64,000 bases of DNA from a phage, in sequence record PZ402301.1, one strand, 5' to 3'. This document shows, in pieces, positions 12,196-21,829 of the stretch; the stretch's first letter is position 1, and the number at the start of each line of letters is the position of its first letter. The notes below the pieces were generated by a model. It saw only the letters and a list, made by a program, of their open reading frames with translations, did no database searches and was not told the DNA's origin. A program made the position numbers and the translations under genes.

Positions 12196-14460
12196 TCATA
12201 ATTTACAGGATGAACAATCTTCAGCTTTTGGAGTTTCTATTTCATAATCATCAGTACCAGAACCGTCACGGGTATTATGATAATAGAAATTTTTTCCGCC
12301 AAAATACCAAAAATACAAAAGGTCATCAATCATTACAGACATTGGAACCTTTCCTTTTGGAAAAATCTGCGGGTCATAATATGTATTCGCTGAAGCTGAT
12401 TGACATACCCATTTCAGCATAATAGCTACCTGCGTAAGATAAGGTTTATTTCCTTTCTTAGCTAATTTCCATGTATAATCATATAGGTCTATGTTATGCT
12501 CAATATTGGGCACGACTTGATTAAAGGAACCCTCTTTTGATTCTTTAACAGAGACTGGTCCACGTGGAGGCTCGATACCGTTTGTACTGTTAGAAACTTG
12601 GGAAGATGACTCACATGGCATAAGTGCTGATAATGTGCTATTACGGATGCCAAAGAGCTTAAGGTCTTCCCGCAGCGACGACCAGTCACAAACGTATTTT
12701 GGAGCTGCGATTTGGTCAATCTTTTTATTGTACCAGTCGATAGGTAATTCGCCTCGAGACCAACGAGTGTCTGAATAATATTCGCAAGGTCCTTTTTCTT
12801 TTGCGAGCTTAATGGATGCTTTAATGAGTCCATACTGTAATCTCTCAAATAGTTCATGTGTTAAATCGTTAGCATCTTCATAAGAAGCAAAATTACTTGC
12901 CAGCCAAGCTGCATAGTTAGTAACACCGACGCCAAGGTTTCGACGCTTTTTAGCTTTTTCTGCTTCAGGAACTGGATATCCTTGGTAATCCAAAAGATTA
13001 TCAAGAGCGCGTACTTGAACTTCTGCTAATTCATTAATTTTATCTTGGTCTTGCCAATCGAAGTTATCCAACACAAATGCAGATAACGTACACAATCCAA
13101 TTTCAGCATCAGGACCATTCACGTCATTTGTTGGAATAGCAATTTCACAACACAAGTTGCTCTGACGAATAGGTGCCTTTTCACGAATAAATGGAGTATA
13201 GTTATTCGTATTATCAATGAACTGTACATAAATCCTTGCTGTTCCTGATCGTTCAGTCATGAGCAATTCAAACAGTTCACGGGCTTTAATACGCTTTTTG
13301 CGAATATTAGGGTCTTTTTCTGCGGCTTCGTACAATTCACGGAAACGGTCTTGGTCTTTAAAATAAGAATAATAAAGCTCGCCACCCATTTCGTGTGGAC
13401 TGAACAAAGTAATGTAGTCGTTCTTTCCAAAACGTTCCATCATCAAATCATTCAGTTGAACGCCATAATCCATATGACGGATACGGTTTTCTTCTACACC
13501 TTTGTTATTTTTCAAAACGAGAAGATTTTCAACTTCCAAATGCCAAATAGGATAATAAGCAGTAGCAGCGCCGCCACGAATTCCACCCTGTGAACATGAT
13601 TTAACAGCAGTCTGAAAATGTTTCCAAAAAGGAATAACACCAGTATGACGCACTTCACCTGTGCCAATCTTAGAACCTTCGGCACGAATCATACCAACGT
13701 TAATACCAATTCCAGCGCGTTTGGAGATATATTCAACAATTGAAGCGGAAGCTTTGTTAATAGACTTCAGCGAATCACCTGCTTCAATAACAACACATGA
13801 ACTAAACTGTCGAGTTGGAGTACGGCAACCAGCCATAATAGGAGTTGGTAATGAAATCTGTCGAGTAGATACTGCTTCATAAAAACGAATAACATGTTTT
13901 AATCTATCAACAGGTTCATCTTGATGCAATGCCATTCCAATAGTCATAAATGCAAACTGCGGAGTTTCATAAATTTGACCAGTGGTTTTATCTTTAACGA
14001 GATATTTTTCTTTTAATTGCATCGCCCCGGAATAAGTAAATTCCATATCCCGCTCGTGCTTAATTTTTGATTCTAAAAATGTAATTTCTTCTGCAGAATA
14101 TTTTGACAACAATTCAGGGTCGTATTTACCTTCATTTACACAGTAAGAAATATGGTCAATAAATGAACGTGGTTCATACTGACCGTAAACATGCTTACGA
14201 AGAGCAAACATTAAACAGCGTGCAGCTACGTATTGATAATCAGGCTCTTCAACTGAAATAGAATTCGCAGCAGCCTTAATTACAATAGTCTGAATGTCAT
14301 CAGTTGTCATTCCATCACGGAGATATGATTTAATATTTTCATATAATTCATAAGGATCTACAGATGTTCCTTCAGCTGCCCAAGATAAAACTTTAATAAT
14401 TTTTTGTGGGTCAAAGCTCTGAGAAACACCACTACTTTTGATAACATTAATTAATTGCAT
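12196..14460 (-). CDS. nrdA: ribonucleotide reductase large (alpha) subunit
   Basis: 754 aa, same as T4 NrdA; class I RNR motifs. Confidence 0.95.
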   Translation of the reverse strand: MQLINVIKSSGVSQSFDPQKIIKVLSWAAEGTSVDPYELYENIKSYLRDGMTTDDIQTIVIKAAANSISVEEPDYQYVAARCLMFALRKHVYGQYEPRSFIDHISYCVNEGKYDPELLSKYSAEEITFLESKIKHERDMEFTYSGAMQLKEKYLVKDKTTGQIYETPQFAFMTIGMALHQDEPVDRLKHVIRFYEAVSTRQISLPTPIMAGCRTPTRQFSSCVVIEAGDSLKSINKASASIVEYISKRAGIGINVGMIRAEGSKIGTGEVRHTGVIPFWKHFQTAVKSCSQGGIRGGAATAYYPIWHLEVENLLVLKNNKGVEENRIRHMDYGVQLNDLMMERFGKNDYITLFSPHEMGGELYYSYFKDQDRFRELYEAAEKDPNIRKKRIKARELFELLMTERSGTARIYVQFIDNTNNYTPFIREKAPIRQSNLCCEIAIPTNDVNGPDAEIGLCTLSAFVLDNFDWQDQDKINELAEVQVRALDNLLDYQGYPVPEAEKAKKRRNLGVGVTNYAAWLASNFASYEDANDLTHELFERLQYGLIKASIKLAKEKGPCEYYSDTRWSRGELPIDWYNKKIDQIAAPKYVCDWSSLREDLKLFGIRNSTLSALMPCESSSQVSNSTNGIEPPRGPVSVKESKEGSFNQVVPNIEHNIDLYDYTWKLAKKGNKPYLTQVAIMLKWVCQSASANTYYDPQIFPKGKVPMSVMIDDLLYFWYFGGKNFYYHNTRDGSGTDDYEIETPKAEDCSSCKL

Positions 14461-14777
14461 AAGTCCTCAACTTGAAAATCGTCTTTAAACAATCGGTTAA
14501 CTATATGAGCTATTATATCACCATGACACGGCTTTGGTTTACATGTGCATCCTAGCCTCATTCCACGTAAAGGCTCTAAATGTGCTTTAGTTATTTCTCC
14601 GGATTTAATTCGACGTATAAAATCTTTTTTGAATAATTCAATGGCAGCCTCCCGGCTGCCAGCATCTTTACCGACGTAATTTCCCCAAAATGTACCACGG
14701 TGAATATTAACATCAAAGTCGGATTTATATTTATTCACTACCCGGCATAGACGGCCCGCGTGGTAATAATTCGTCAT
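14451..14777 (-). CDS. hypothetical protein, 108 aa (nrdA.1 position)
   Basis: ORF track; coupled to nrdA start. Confidence 0.6.
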   Translation of the reverse strand: MTNYYHAGRLCRVVNKYKSDFDVNIHRGTFWGNYVGKDAGSREAAIELFKKDFIRRIKSGEITKAHLEPLRGMRLGCTCKPKPCHGDIIAHIVNRLFKDDFQVEDLCN

Positions 14778-14994
14778 ATTGTTTTTCCGTTAAAACAGTA
14801 ATATCATAATAACAATCAGAAGAAGTTTTAACTGTAGAAATTTTATTATCAAAATACTCACGAGTCATTTTATGAGTATAATATTTTTTGCCATAAATGA
14901 TAATAGGCTGTTCTGGTCCTGGAACTTCTAACTCGCTTGGATTAGGAAGTGTAAAAAGAACGACACCAGAAGTATCCTTAAATCGTAAAATCAT
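14731..14994 (-). CDS. hypothetical protein, about 87 aa (nrdA.2 position; start moved to ATG with GAGAGGA RBS)
   Basis: Internal ATG at 14992-14994 preceded by GAGAGGA. Confidence 0.5.
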   Translation of the reverse strand: MILRFKDTSGVVLFTLPNPSELEVPGPEQPIIIYGKKYYTHKMTREYFDNKISTVKTSSDCYYDITVLTEKQYDELLPRGPSMPGSE

Positions 14995-15017
14995 ATATCC
15001 TCTCAATTAAATTAAAA

Positions 15018-15878
15018 TTACACCGCCATCTTTCCTTTCAAGACACCGTGGGACTGATAATCTTTGAGAACGAAATCCCGTGCTGTCATATATTCAGTTA
15101 ACCAATACATTTGAGTTTCAGTATCGCATTGACTGAATCCATTAGGCCAATTAATACTGAGTTTGCATAGATCCATAGGAGTTCTATTTAATATCTCTTT
15201 GCATTGCTCAATATGGTTAGAATAAATGTGTGTATTACCACCCGAGAATACCAAATCGCCCGGAACTAGTTCACACATGTCAGCAACAATATGCAAAAGA
15301 GCAGCATAACTCGCGATGTTAAATGGAAGACCGAGGAAAACATCTACCGAACGTTGATACCATTGGAGGTCAAGGTATCCGTTACGCACATTAAACTGAT
15401 AGAACATATGACAAGGAGGTAATGCCATCTGCTTGAGTTCAGCTGGATTCCATGCCGACACAATTTGACGCCTATCGTTGGGAAATGTTTTAATACGATT
15501 AACAACTTCTACAATTTGATCTACACCACCAAAATCACGCCACTGTTTTCCGTAAATTGGACCAAGTTCACCGCTATGATAACCTAAGTCTTTGGCCTGG
15601 TTTTCGTAGTTTTCATCCCAAATTGTTTTTCCTGCAATTAAAGATCCATGAGTACGTTGACGTAAATCATTTACGTTAGTACTTCCTGATAAGAACCACA
15701 ATAACTCAGAAATACATGCATTCCAGGCGAGCTTCTTAGTCGTTACTGCAGGAAAACCTTTAGTTAAATCCCAGCGTAATTTAGTACCGAACAAAGCAAT
15801 TGTTCCTGTGCCTGTTCGGTCATCAGTTTCATAGCCATTTTCAAAAATGTCTTTAATTAAATCTTGGTATTGTTTCAT
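15018..15878 (-). CDS. td: thymidylate synthase, uninterrupted (no intron)
   Basis: 286 aa continuous; active-site PCH motif (LPPCHMFYQF); T4 td carries an intron, absent here. Confidence 0.95.
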   Translation of the reverse strand: MKQYQDLIKDIFENGYETDDRTGTGTIALFGTKLRWDLTKGFPAVTTKKLAWNACISELLWFLSGSTNVNDLRQRTHGSLIAGKTIWDENYENQAKDLGYHSGELGPIYGKQWRDFGGVDQIVEVVNRIKTFPNDRRQIVSAWNPAELKQMALPPCHMFYQFNVRNGYLDLQWYQRSVDVFLGLPFNIASYAALLHIVADMCELVPGDLVFSGGNTHIYSNHIEQCKEILNRTPMDLCKLSINWPNGFSQCDTETQMYWLTEYMTARDFVLKDYQSHGVLKGKMAV

Positions 15879-15922
15879 TTAGTACCTTATATAAATTATA
15901 ATACATTTTATGAAGCTAATAA

Positions 15923-16282
15923 TCAATACGGTTTAGCATCAAATTTTCTTTCGATTTCAGGAGTGAAATATAATTCTTTACCACGTTTGGAAAAACGACC
16001 AATAATATGATAATTATTCTCATCAAACGTGATATTACCAATATCCATAGCTTTCAACCAAATATCGATATTTCTATCTAGTTTTATATCAAAATTCCAA
16101 TACGGAGAACTATTACCAAAAATACTACAAGCGGATTCAGTGAAACAACTGCTATAAATCTTGCCTTTAGGAACTACTAATTGATAGACGCCTTTAATAA
16201 ACTGAGGACCCTGCCATTTTGGTTGTTTCGCGTCTTTTTCTAATAGAATAGGGTAATAATTAAAATTCATATTTTCCGCCAC
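15923..16282 (-). CDS. hypothetical protein, 119 aa (115 aa from first ATG), inserted between frd and td
   Basis: ORF begins 8 nt after frd stop with GTG (16280-16282) or ATG (16268-16270); no recognisable motif. Confidence 0.6.
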   Translation of the reverse strand: MAENMNFNYYPILLEKDAKQPKWQGPQFIKGVYQLVVPKGKIYSSCFTESACSIFGNSSPYWNFDIKLDRNIDIWLKAMDIGNITFDENNYHIIGRFSKRGKELYFTPEIERKFDAKPY

Positions 16283-16290
16283 GTGTTATT

Positions 16291-17117
<827 letters not shown>

Positions 17118-17125
17118 ATTATCTC

Positions 17126-17461
17126 CTAATATAAAGGATCGGGAACATATCCACTGGCTTTAATCATTTTGATTAACGTTAGCAGTCCTTTATTAACTGC
17201 TTGTGAGATTTCATTAAAAACTTCATCACTAAAAAGTTCTAACACTCCCTTCTGAACTTTTAATTTACAACCAACAATTTCGTCATCGCCTATAGTAAAT
17301 TCGTTTCCGCCAATTCCACCGAAAAACTTAATTACACCAGTTAACTGTGTTCCACGAGAATATGGGTCGTGTGATAAAGTAATATGAGTCACCCCAGGTA
17401 CAGTTTTAAATTGGCAGCGAATGTTTACTTGTGAAATTCCAGTTACGTGAATGTCAGACAT
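17126..17461 (-). CDS. hypothetical protein, 111 aa
   Basis: ORF track. Confidence 0.55.
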   Translation of the reverse strand: MSDIHVTGISQVNIRCQFKTVPGVTHITLSHDPYSRGTQLTGVIKFFGGIGGNEFTIGDDEIVGCKLKVQKGVLELFSDEVFNEISQAVNKGLLTLIKMIKASGYVPDPLY

Positions 17462-17471
17462 AATATTTTCC

Positions 17472-17714
17472 TCAAACAGACTTTTTCACAATTTTCCAAT
17501 CAGCTTTAAACTGTTCAACGTCAGAATGGTAAATCCAGAATCCTGCGCTTTCTCCATCCTCATAAAGAGGGCATCCATCACATTCATCTTCCCATCCCAT
17601 ATCACGTAAAAGATGTTCAGCTTTTTCAACGAGTTCAGAATCTTTACCGATGATATTAAAATACCATTTACCTTTAACTTCTGAATCTTTGATGCTCTGA
17701 CGTTGTAATCTCAT
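17472..17714 (-). CDS. hypothetical protein, 80 aa
   Basis: ORF track; promoter-like element 17738-17770 upstream. Confidence 0.55.
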   Translation of the reverse strand: MRLQRQSIKDSEVKGKWYFNIIGKDSELVEKAEHLLRDMGWEDECDGCPLYEDGESAGFWIYHSDVEQFKADWKIVKKSV

Positions 17715-17737
17715 TTTATTCTCCTTAGTTGATAGGG

Positions 17738-17770
17738 TAATAGTATCATACTACTACCCTTCTGTAAACT
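17738..17770 (-). promoter_or_regulatory. early promoter-like element
   Basis: GTTTAC (rc of 17764-17769), TACTAT -10. Confidence 0.5.
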
Positions 17771-18134
17771 ACTTTTTGAAAGTTTTTCGCAAAAGTTCAA
17801 TGATTTCATCTACATTGTTTTCGTCTACAATGCAGTGAATTTTTGTTACGCCAGAAACCTTGTCTTTGACTTCATCTTCTTCAGAAGTCGATTCTTTATA
17901 CTCGCGAAAACAATGAAATTCGTCTTCACAGACGTTGAAGTAAAAATGCTTTCCATTTGCGCATTCAATGTGTTTTATTACTCTAAATCCATCAGCAAAG
18001 AAAGCTTCTTTAACTTCAAACCATCCGCCATTATCTCGAATAGCTTTAACTATTGATGAATTAGAACGCGGGCGATAATTAATAAATGTATCAATAAGTC
18101 TTGGAACAAGTTCATATTTTCTACCAATATACAT
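17769..18134 (-). CDS. hypothetical protein, 121 aa
   Basis: ORF track; cysteine/histidine-containing small protein. Confidence 0.55.
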   Translation of the reverse strand: MYIGRKYELVPRLIDTFINYRPRSNSSIVKAIRDNGGWFEVKEAFFADGFRVIKHIECANGKHFYFNVCEDEFHCFREYKESTSEEDEVKDKVSGVTKIHCIVDENNVDEIIELLRKTFKK

Positions 18135-18178
18135 TGTGTTTTCCTCATTTTAATAGGGGCTTGATAGCCCCTTAATAA

Positions 18179-18412
18179 TTACTGCTCAATAAATCCTGTG
18201 TAAAATTCTACATCTTCAGCATCCATACCGTCACAATATTCATTAACCATAAATTGTTTAAGACGATTTAAAGGACCTTCAATAACAACTGAAACATTGC
18301 AATTGGGGTCATTTAGTGCGCTTGTAATACGGAGTTCAGGATAACGATTACGAATAATTTCTTCAATATATTCAAAATCAACAACATCAATATCAATTTT
18401 AGCCATGTTATT
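18179..18412 (-). CDS. hypothetical protein, 77 aa (start moved to [10 protein letters not shown]...)
   Basis: Track ORF runs through promoter and terminator; internal ATG at 18410-18412 lies just downstream of promoter 18451-18483. Confidence 0.55.
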   Translation of the reverse strand, partial: NNMAKIDIDVVDFEYIEEIIRNRYPELRITSALNDPNCNVSVVIEGPLNRLKQFMVNEYCDGMDAEDVEFYTGFIEQ

Positions 18413-18450
18413 TTCCTCTTTAATCATCATCAGCAGTATTGCCGATAGTT

Positions 18451-18483
18451 GTATAGTACCACAGTATGCTTTGGTTGTAAACC
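18451..18483 (-). promoter_or_regulatory. early promoter for the frd.x-frd-td transcription unit
   Basis: GTTTAC (rc of 18477-18482), TACTATAC -10; immediately downstream of gene 32 terminator. Confidence 0.6.
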
Positions 18484-18504
18484 GTTTTGTGAAAAAATTT
18501 TTGA

Positions 18505-18533
18505 AATAAAAAAAGGGGACCTCTAGGGTCCCC
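18505..18533 (-). terminator. rho-independent terminator downstream of gene 32
   Basis: Hairpin GGGGACCctagaGGTCCCC followed by U-run on minus strand. Confidence 0.75.
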
Positions 18534-18555
18534 AATTAATTAGTAATATAATCTA

Positions 18556-19464
18556 TTAAAGGTCATTCAAAAGGTCATCCAGGTCCGTGTCATCAGCACT
18601 AGATGAACTGCCAGAGCTTGAGCTCATAAAATCATCTTCAGTTTTTGTTTTGAAGTCATCAACATTAAATGCATCCAAATCATCAGCAACTTTATCGGCT
18701 TTCTTAGCAGCAGTCGCTGCGGCACCACCCATAGCAGCAGTTCCCATAACTTGACTGAACTTAGTGCTCAGTTCTTCAAACGATTTGAATTTATCTTTAG
18801 AAGTCATTTCAGAAAGGTCAACCATTTGTTCGAACAGTTCTTTCTGGAAAGATTCATCATCAATGTTTGGAATCGCAGATTGATTCAGGAATTTAGATTC
18901 GTCGTAGTTACTAAAACCAGAAACTTGTTTAACTTTCAGTACAAAGTTAGTACCTTCCCACGGACAAGTTACATCAACCGGAGTTTCACCCATTTCAACA
19001 TCAACTGCAATCATTGCATTGATTTTATCCCAGATTTTCTTACCGAAACGGTATTTAAATACTTTACCTTCATTTTCTGGAGCGGCTGGGTCTTTTACTA
19101 CAAGAATGTTAGCCCAGTAAGAAGTTTTACGTTTAACAAGACCGTATTCTTTATTGTCAGTGTTGTACAAATCATTTTTACTGATGTACTGACATACTGG
19201 GCAAGAATCGTAATCACCGTGGGTAGATGAACAGTTTTCAATATACCATTTACCATTTTTCTTGAAACCGTGATTTACAAGAATTGCGAATGGTGCTTGT
19301 TCATCATTTTTAGACGGAAGAAAACGAATTACTGCTTGACCGTTACCCGCATTGTCGAGTTTCAGTTTCCACTCGCCTTTATCTTCAGAAGAAAAACCAC
19401 CTTTATTTCCAGCCAGTTTAGCCATTTGTGCAGCGAGTTCAGCAGTAGATTTACGTTTAAACAT
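18556..19464 (-). CDS. 32: gp32 single-stranded DNA-binding protein
   Basis: 302 aa; matches T4 gp32 including acidic C-terminal tail [22 protein letters not shown]. Confidence 0.95.
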   Translation of the reverse strand: MFKRKSTAELAAQMAKLAGNKGGFSSEDKGEWKLKLDNAGNGQAVIRFLPSKNDEQAPFAILVNHGFKKNGKWYIENCSSTHGDYDSCPVCQYISKNDLYNTDNKEYGLVKRKTSYWANILVVKDPAAPENEGKVFKYRFGKKIWDKINAMIAVDVEMGETPVDVTCPWEGTNFVLKVKQVSGFSNYDESKFLNQSAIPNIDDESFQKELFEQMVDLSEMTSKDKFKSFEELSTKFSQVMGTAAMGGAAATAAKKADKVADDLDAFNVDDFKTKTEDDFMSSSSGSSSSADDTDLDDLLNDL

Positions 19465-19530
19465 TTTTATTTCCTTTTTAATTTAATTAACAGTTGGTGC
19501 TATGACGATGTATGACCTCATAGCTGGTCA
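19465..19530 (-). promoter_or_regulatory. gene 32 translational operator (AU-rich leader with UUAAA repeats)
   Basis: Leader reads ...UUAAUUAAAUUAAAAAGGAAAUAAA-AUG; T4 gp32 autoregulation site is of this type. Confidence 0.6.
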
Positions 19531-19547
19531 GTGAGATAATTATAATC

Positions 19548-19555
19548 TATTTATA
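19548..19555 (-). promoter_or_regulatory. putative late promoter (TATAAATA) upstream of gene 32
   Basis: Reverse-complement TATAAATA about 85 nt upstream of gene 32 ATG. Confidence 0.45.
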
Positions 19556-19563
19556 ATAAGCAA

Positions 19564-20217
19564 TTAGTACTTACAAGATTTCACAGTTTCAATAAAAACA
19601 CTTTTAGCTTTCTGCGAATCAATATTTAAAATTTTTCTATAAGCCTTTAACTTTATAGAATAATTATTCCAGACTAAATTATCAGTCTGTTCATCATGTT
19701 TATCGATTATATTTAAAAACGAATCAAGCAAGATAAACGTCTCAAACGAAATTATATTCGATTGAAGTAGTTTAAAAATATAACTTGATTGAACTTTTGG
19801 ATTATACTCAAAGATTTCTTTAAAAGCAGAAACTTCAACTTTTTTACTAAAATAATAAATGTTGCGAATATCTTCTTCAAACTTAAATTTAATTTGCTTT
19901 AAGCGTCCGATATATTCACGATAAAACACAAGTGCATCAGCGTCAGAGATGTCACCAATCCAAGCATCTTGGTTAGCAACAAGATTGCTTATAAAGATTA
20001 AAGCAAGTTCCTTTAATTTATATTTTTCTGATAACTTCTGGAAAAAATACTTATCCCTTCGCTTTTGATAAGCGGCATCAGACACCCGCATGCACCAATT
20101 ATACTTAATTACATCATACTTTCCATTCATATGTTGTTTTATCATTAAGTATAATTTATAAACTGATTTACCATCAATGTATCTTTCACCACCAGCAGGC
20201 ATGCGGAGTTTAATCAT
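19564..20217 (-). CDS. 59: gp59 helicase loader
   Basis: 217 aa, same as T4 gp59; synteny 32-59-33. Confidence 0.9.
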   Translation of the reverse strand: MIKLRMPAGGERYIDGKSVYKLYLMIKQHMNGKYDVIKYNWCMRVSDAAYQKRRDKYFFQKLSEKYKLKELALIFISNLVANQDAWIGDISDADALVFYREYIGRLKQIKFKFEEDIRNIYYFSKKVEVSAFKEIFEYNPKVQSSYIFKLLQSNIISFETFILLDSFLNIIDKHDEQTDNLVWNNYSIKLKAYRKILNIDSQKAKSVFIETVKSCKY

Positions 20218-20552
20218 AATAGAAAATCTAATGTATTAGTTTTTTCACAACGAACAACAGAAGGACGTAAAAGATTTTCGTCAATAGCTTCTGACTGAAT
20301 TTTTTCAATTATACCCGAAGGAATAAATTTAGCAAATTGAGTTTCAGGAATAGAATTTTCTTCCAAGAATGCTGTTGTAGCTTCAAGATAACTCATTCCA
20401 AACTCTTCTACCATTTTTTCAATAATAAATCCATTTTCTTGGCGGTCAAGAAGCTTTGCAATTTCATCCTTTTCTTTCTTAATTGAAAGTTCTTTTTCTG
20501 AAAGACCGGTCTCATCGACCGGACGAATATCATTTAGAGAAAACTGTGTCAT
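20214..20552 (-). CDS. 33: gp33 late-transcription co-activator
   Basis: 112 aa from ATG at MTQFSLND; overlaps gene 59 start. Confidence 0.85.
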   Translation of the reverse strand: MTQFSLNDIRPVDETGLSEKELSIKKEKDEIAKLLDRQENGFIIEKMVEEFGMSYLEATTAFLEENSIPETQFAKFIPSGIIEKIQSEAIDENLLRPSVVRCEKTNTLDFLL

Positions 20553-20799
20553 AAAGTTCAACTACCTCTTCAGTTTCAGCTTCAAACACATCACGGTTAT
20601 CTTTATGATACAAAGCTAACAGACGATTAAACATCTTGCCATCAACGCCAAGTTCATCTTTGGCACGAATTCGAATGTCTTTAATCAATTCATTATAACC
20701 GGAAATTTTCAGTTTATGATCAGATGCTTCTTTGATAAATTTAGCTAAGTCTTCGCCATGGATAGCTTCATCAAATTCAACCATTTCTTTTTTAGCCAT
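20530..20799 (-). CDS. dsbA: DsbA double-stranded DNA-binding protein
   Basis: 89 aa, T4 DsbA length; position between 33 and rnh. Confidence 0.8.
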   Translation of the reverse strand: MAKKEMVEFDEAIHGEDLAKFIKEASDHKLKISGYNELIKDIRIRAKDELGVDGKMFNRLLALYHKDNRDVFEAETEEVVELYDTVFSK

Positions 20800-20807
20800 T
20801 ATTCACC

Positions 20808-21725
20808 TCAAAATTCATTAATGCTATTAGTTAATTTAGAAAGACCCGCTTTTACAAAATATGAATAAATTTTGCCACGCGGTGGTAATTTATATGAATT
20901 ATAGTAATTCACAATGTTTGAAGCAATATTATCAGGAATATAATCAAAATCAATTAGAACTAAATTTTCTTTATACCGATTATATTCAGATTCAGTGAGA
21001 AGCACCTTAGCTTGCTCACGGTCATTAGCAATAGCTTCAACAATAGAAGTTTTCATTGAAGGAGTTCGTTCACCTTCAACTCTGGTAAACCAAAAGTCAG
21101 ATCGTACTTTAACTGAAGCGACGTTATCCTTTTTATCACCCTTAAGAATTTTAGTCATGCAGTCAATTTCAGCAGAACCGCTTTTAATTTTAACCCATTT
21201 CTTGTGCATCGGTGACCATTGCTTAACATTTGGATACTTATGAAGTTGGGTAAAGTCACCATCCGATGAAATGATTAAAATCTTATGTCCTTCTAAAGAA
21301 AACTTTTTAACAAGAACAGCAATGTGATCATCTGCTTCATACTTATCAATATCCATAACAATGTATGGCATATAAGCTTTCAATTCATCTATAACTTTAT
21401 GACTGGATTCAAAATAACCTTCCCAGTCCCAAGTAGATTCTTCTCGTGCTTTTCCGCGGTTTTTCTTATAATAATAAGCGAAATCACGACGCCAGTATCC
21501 AGATTTCGCGTTATCAATACACAATACAATTTTAGTGTATCCAAGAGTTTTTGCTTTTTTGACATTAAACTTAATTGAGTTCAATATCAAATGACGAACC
21601 ATTGATAAATTAATTTTTTCTTTATCTGGGAAGTTTACCAAAGCAGTTGAAAGCGCAATTTGACTAAAGTCAATTAAGCAAATTCCTTCTTTGTAATCTT
21701 CATCCAGCATCATTTCTAAATCCAT
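20808..21725 (-). CDS. rnh: RNase H (5'-3' exonuclease / flap endonuclease)
   Basis: 305 aa from ATG at MDLEMMLDED; T4 RNase H length; promoter-like element 21752-21784 upstream. Confidence 0.9.
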   Translation of the reverse strand: MDLEMMLDEDYKEGICLIDFSQIALSTALVNFPDKEKINLSMVRHLILNSIKFNVKKAKTLGYTKIVLCIDNAKSGYWRRDFAYYYKKNRGKAREESTWDWEGYFESSHKVIDELKAYMPYIVMDIDKYEADDHIAVLVKKFSLEGHKILIISSDGDFTQLHKYPNVKQWSPMHKKWVKIKSGSAEIDCMTKILKGDKKDNVASVKVRSDFWFTRVEGERTPSMKTSIVEAIANDREQAKVLLTESEYNRYKENLVLIDFDYIPDNIASNIVNYYNSYKLPPRGKIYSYFVKAGLSKLTNSINEF

Positions 21726-21751
21726 ATGAACCTCGTTCAATTAGTGAGATT

Positions 21752-21784
21752 TCTATTATATACCATCCGAATCTTAAAGTAAAC
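21752..21784 (-). promoter_or_regulatory. early promoter-like element upstream of rnh
   Basis: GTTTAC (rc of 21778-21783), TATATAAT -10. Confidence 0.55.
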
Positions 21785-21786
21785 AA

Positions 21787-21794
21787 GTATAAAT
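21787..21794 (+). promoter_or_regulatory. late promoter TATAAATA for gene 34
   Basis: Exact TATAAATA about 36 nt upstream of gene 34 ATG. Confidence 0.8.
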
Positions 21795-21829
21795 ACTTAT
21801 TATTGAAAACACAATAGGAGCCCGGGAGA

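Noticed and set aside
12489-12857. 122-aa minus-strand ORF in another frame within nrdA
   Set aside because: Lies entirely inside the nrdA coding region in a different frame; nrdA is full length and uninterrupted.
10975-15878. Group I introns in nrdB or td
   Set aside because: Both genes translate as continuous full-length proteins of the expected size.
18751-19230. 159-aa plus-strand ORF inside gene 32
   Set aside because: Antisense to gene 32; Phe/Asn-rich low-complexity translation from an AT-rich reverse frame.
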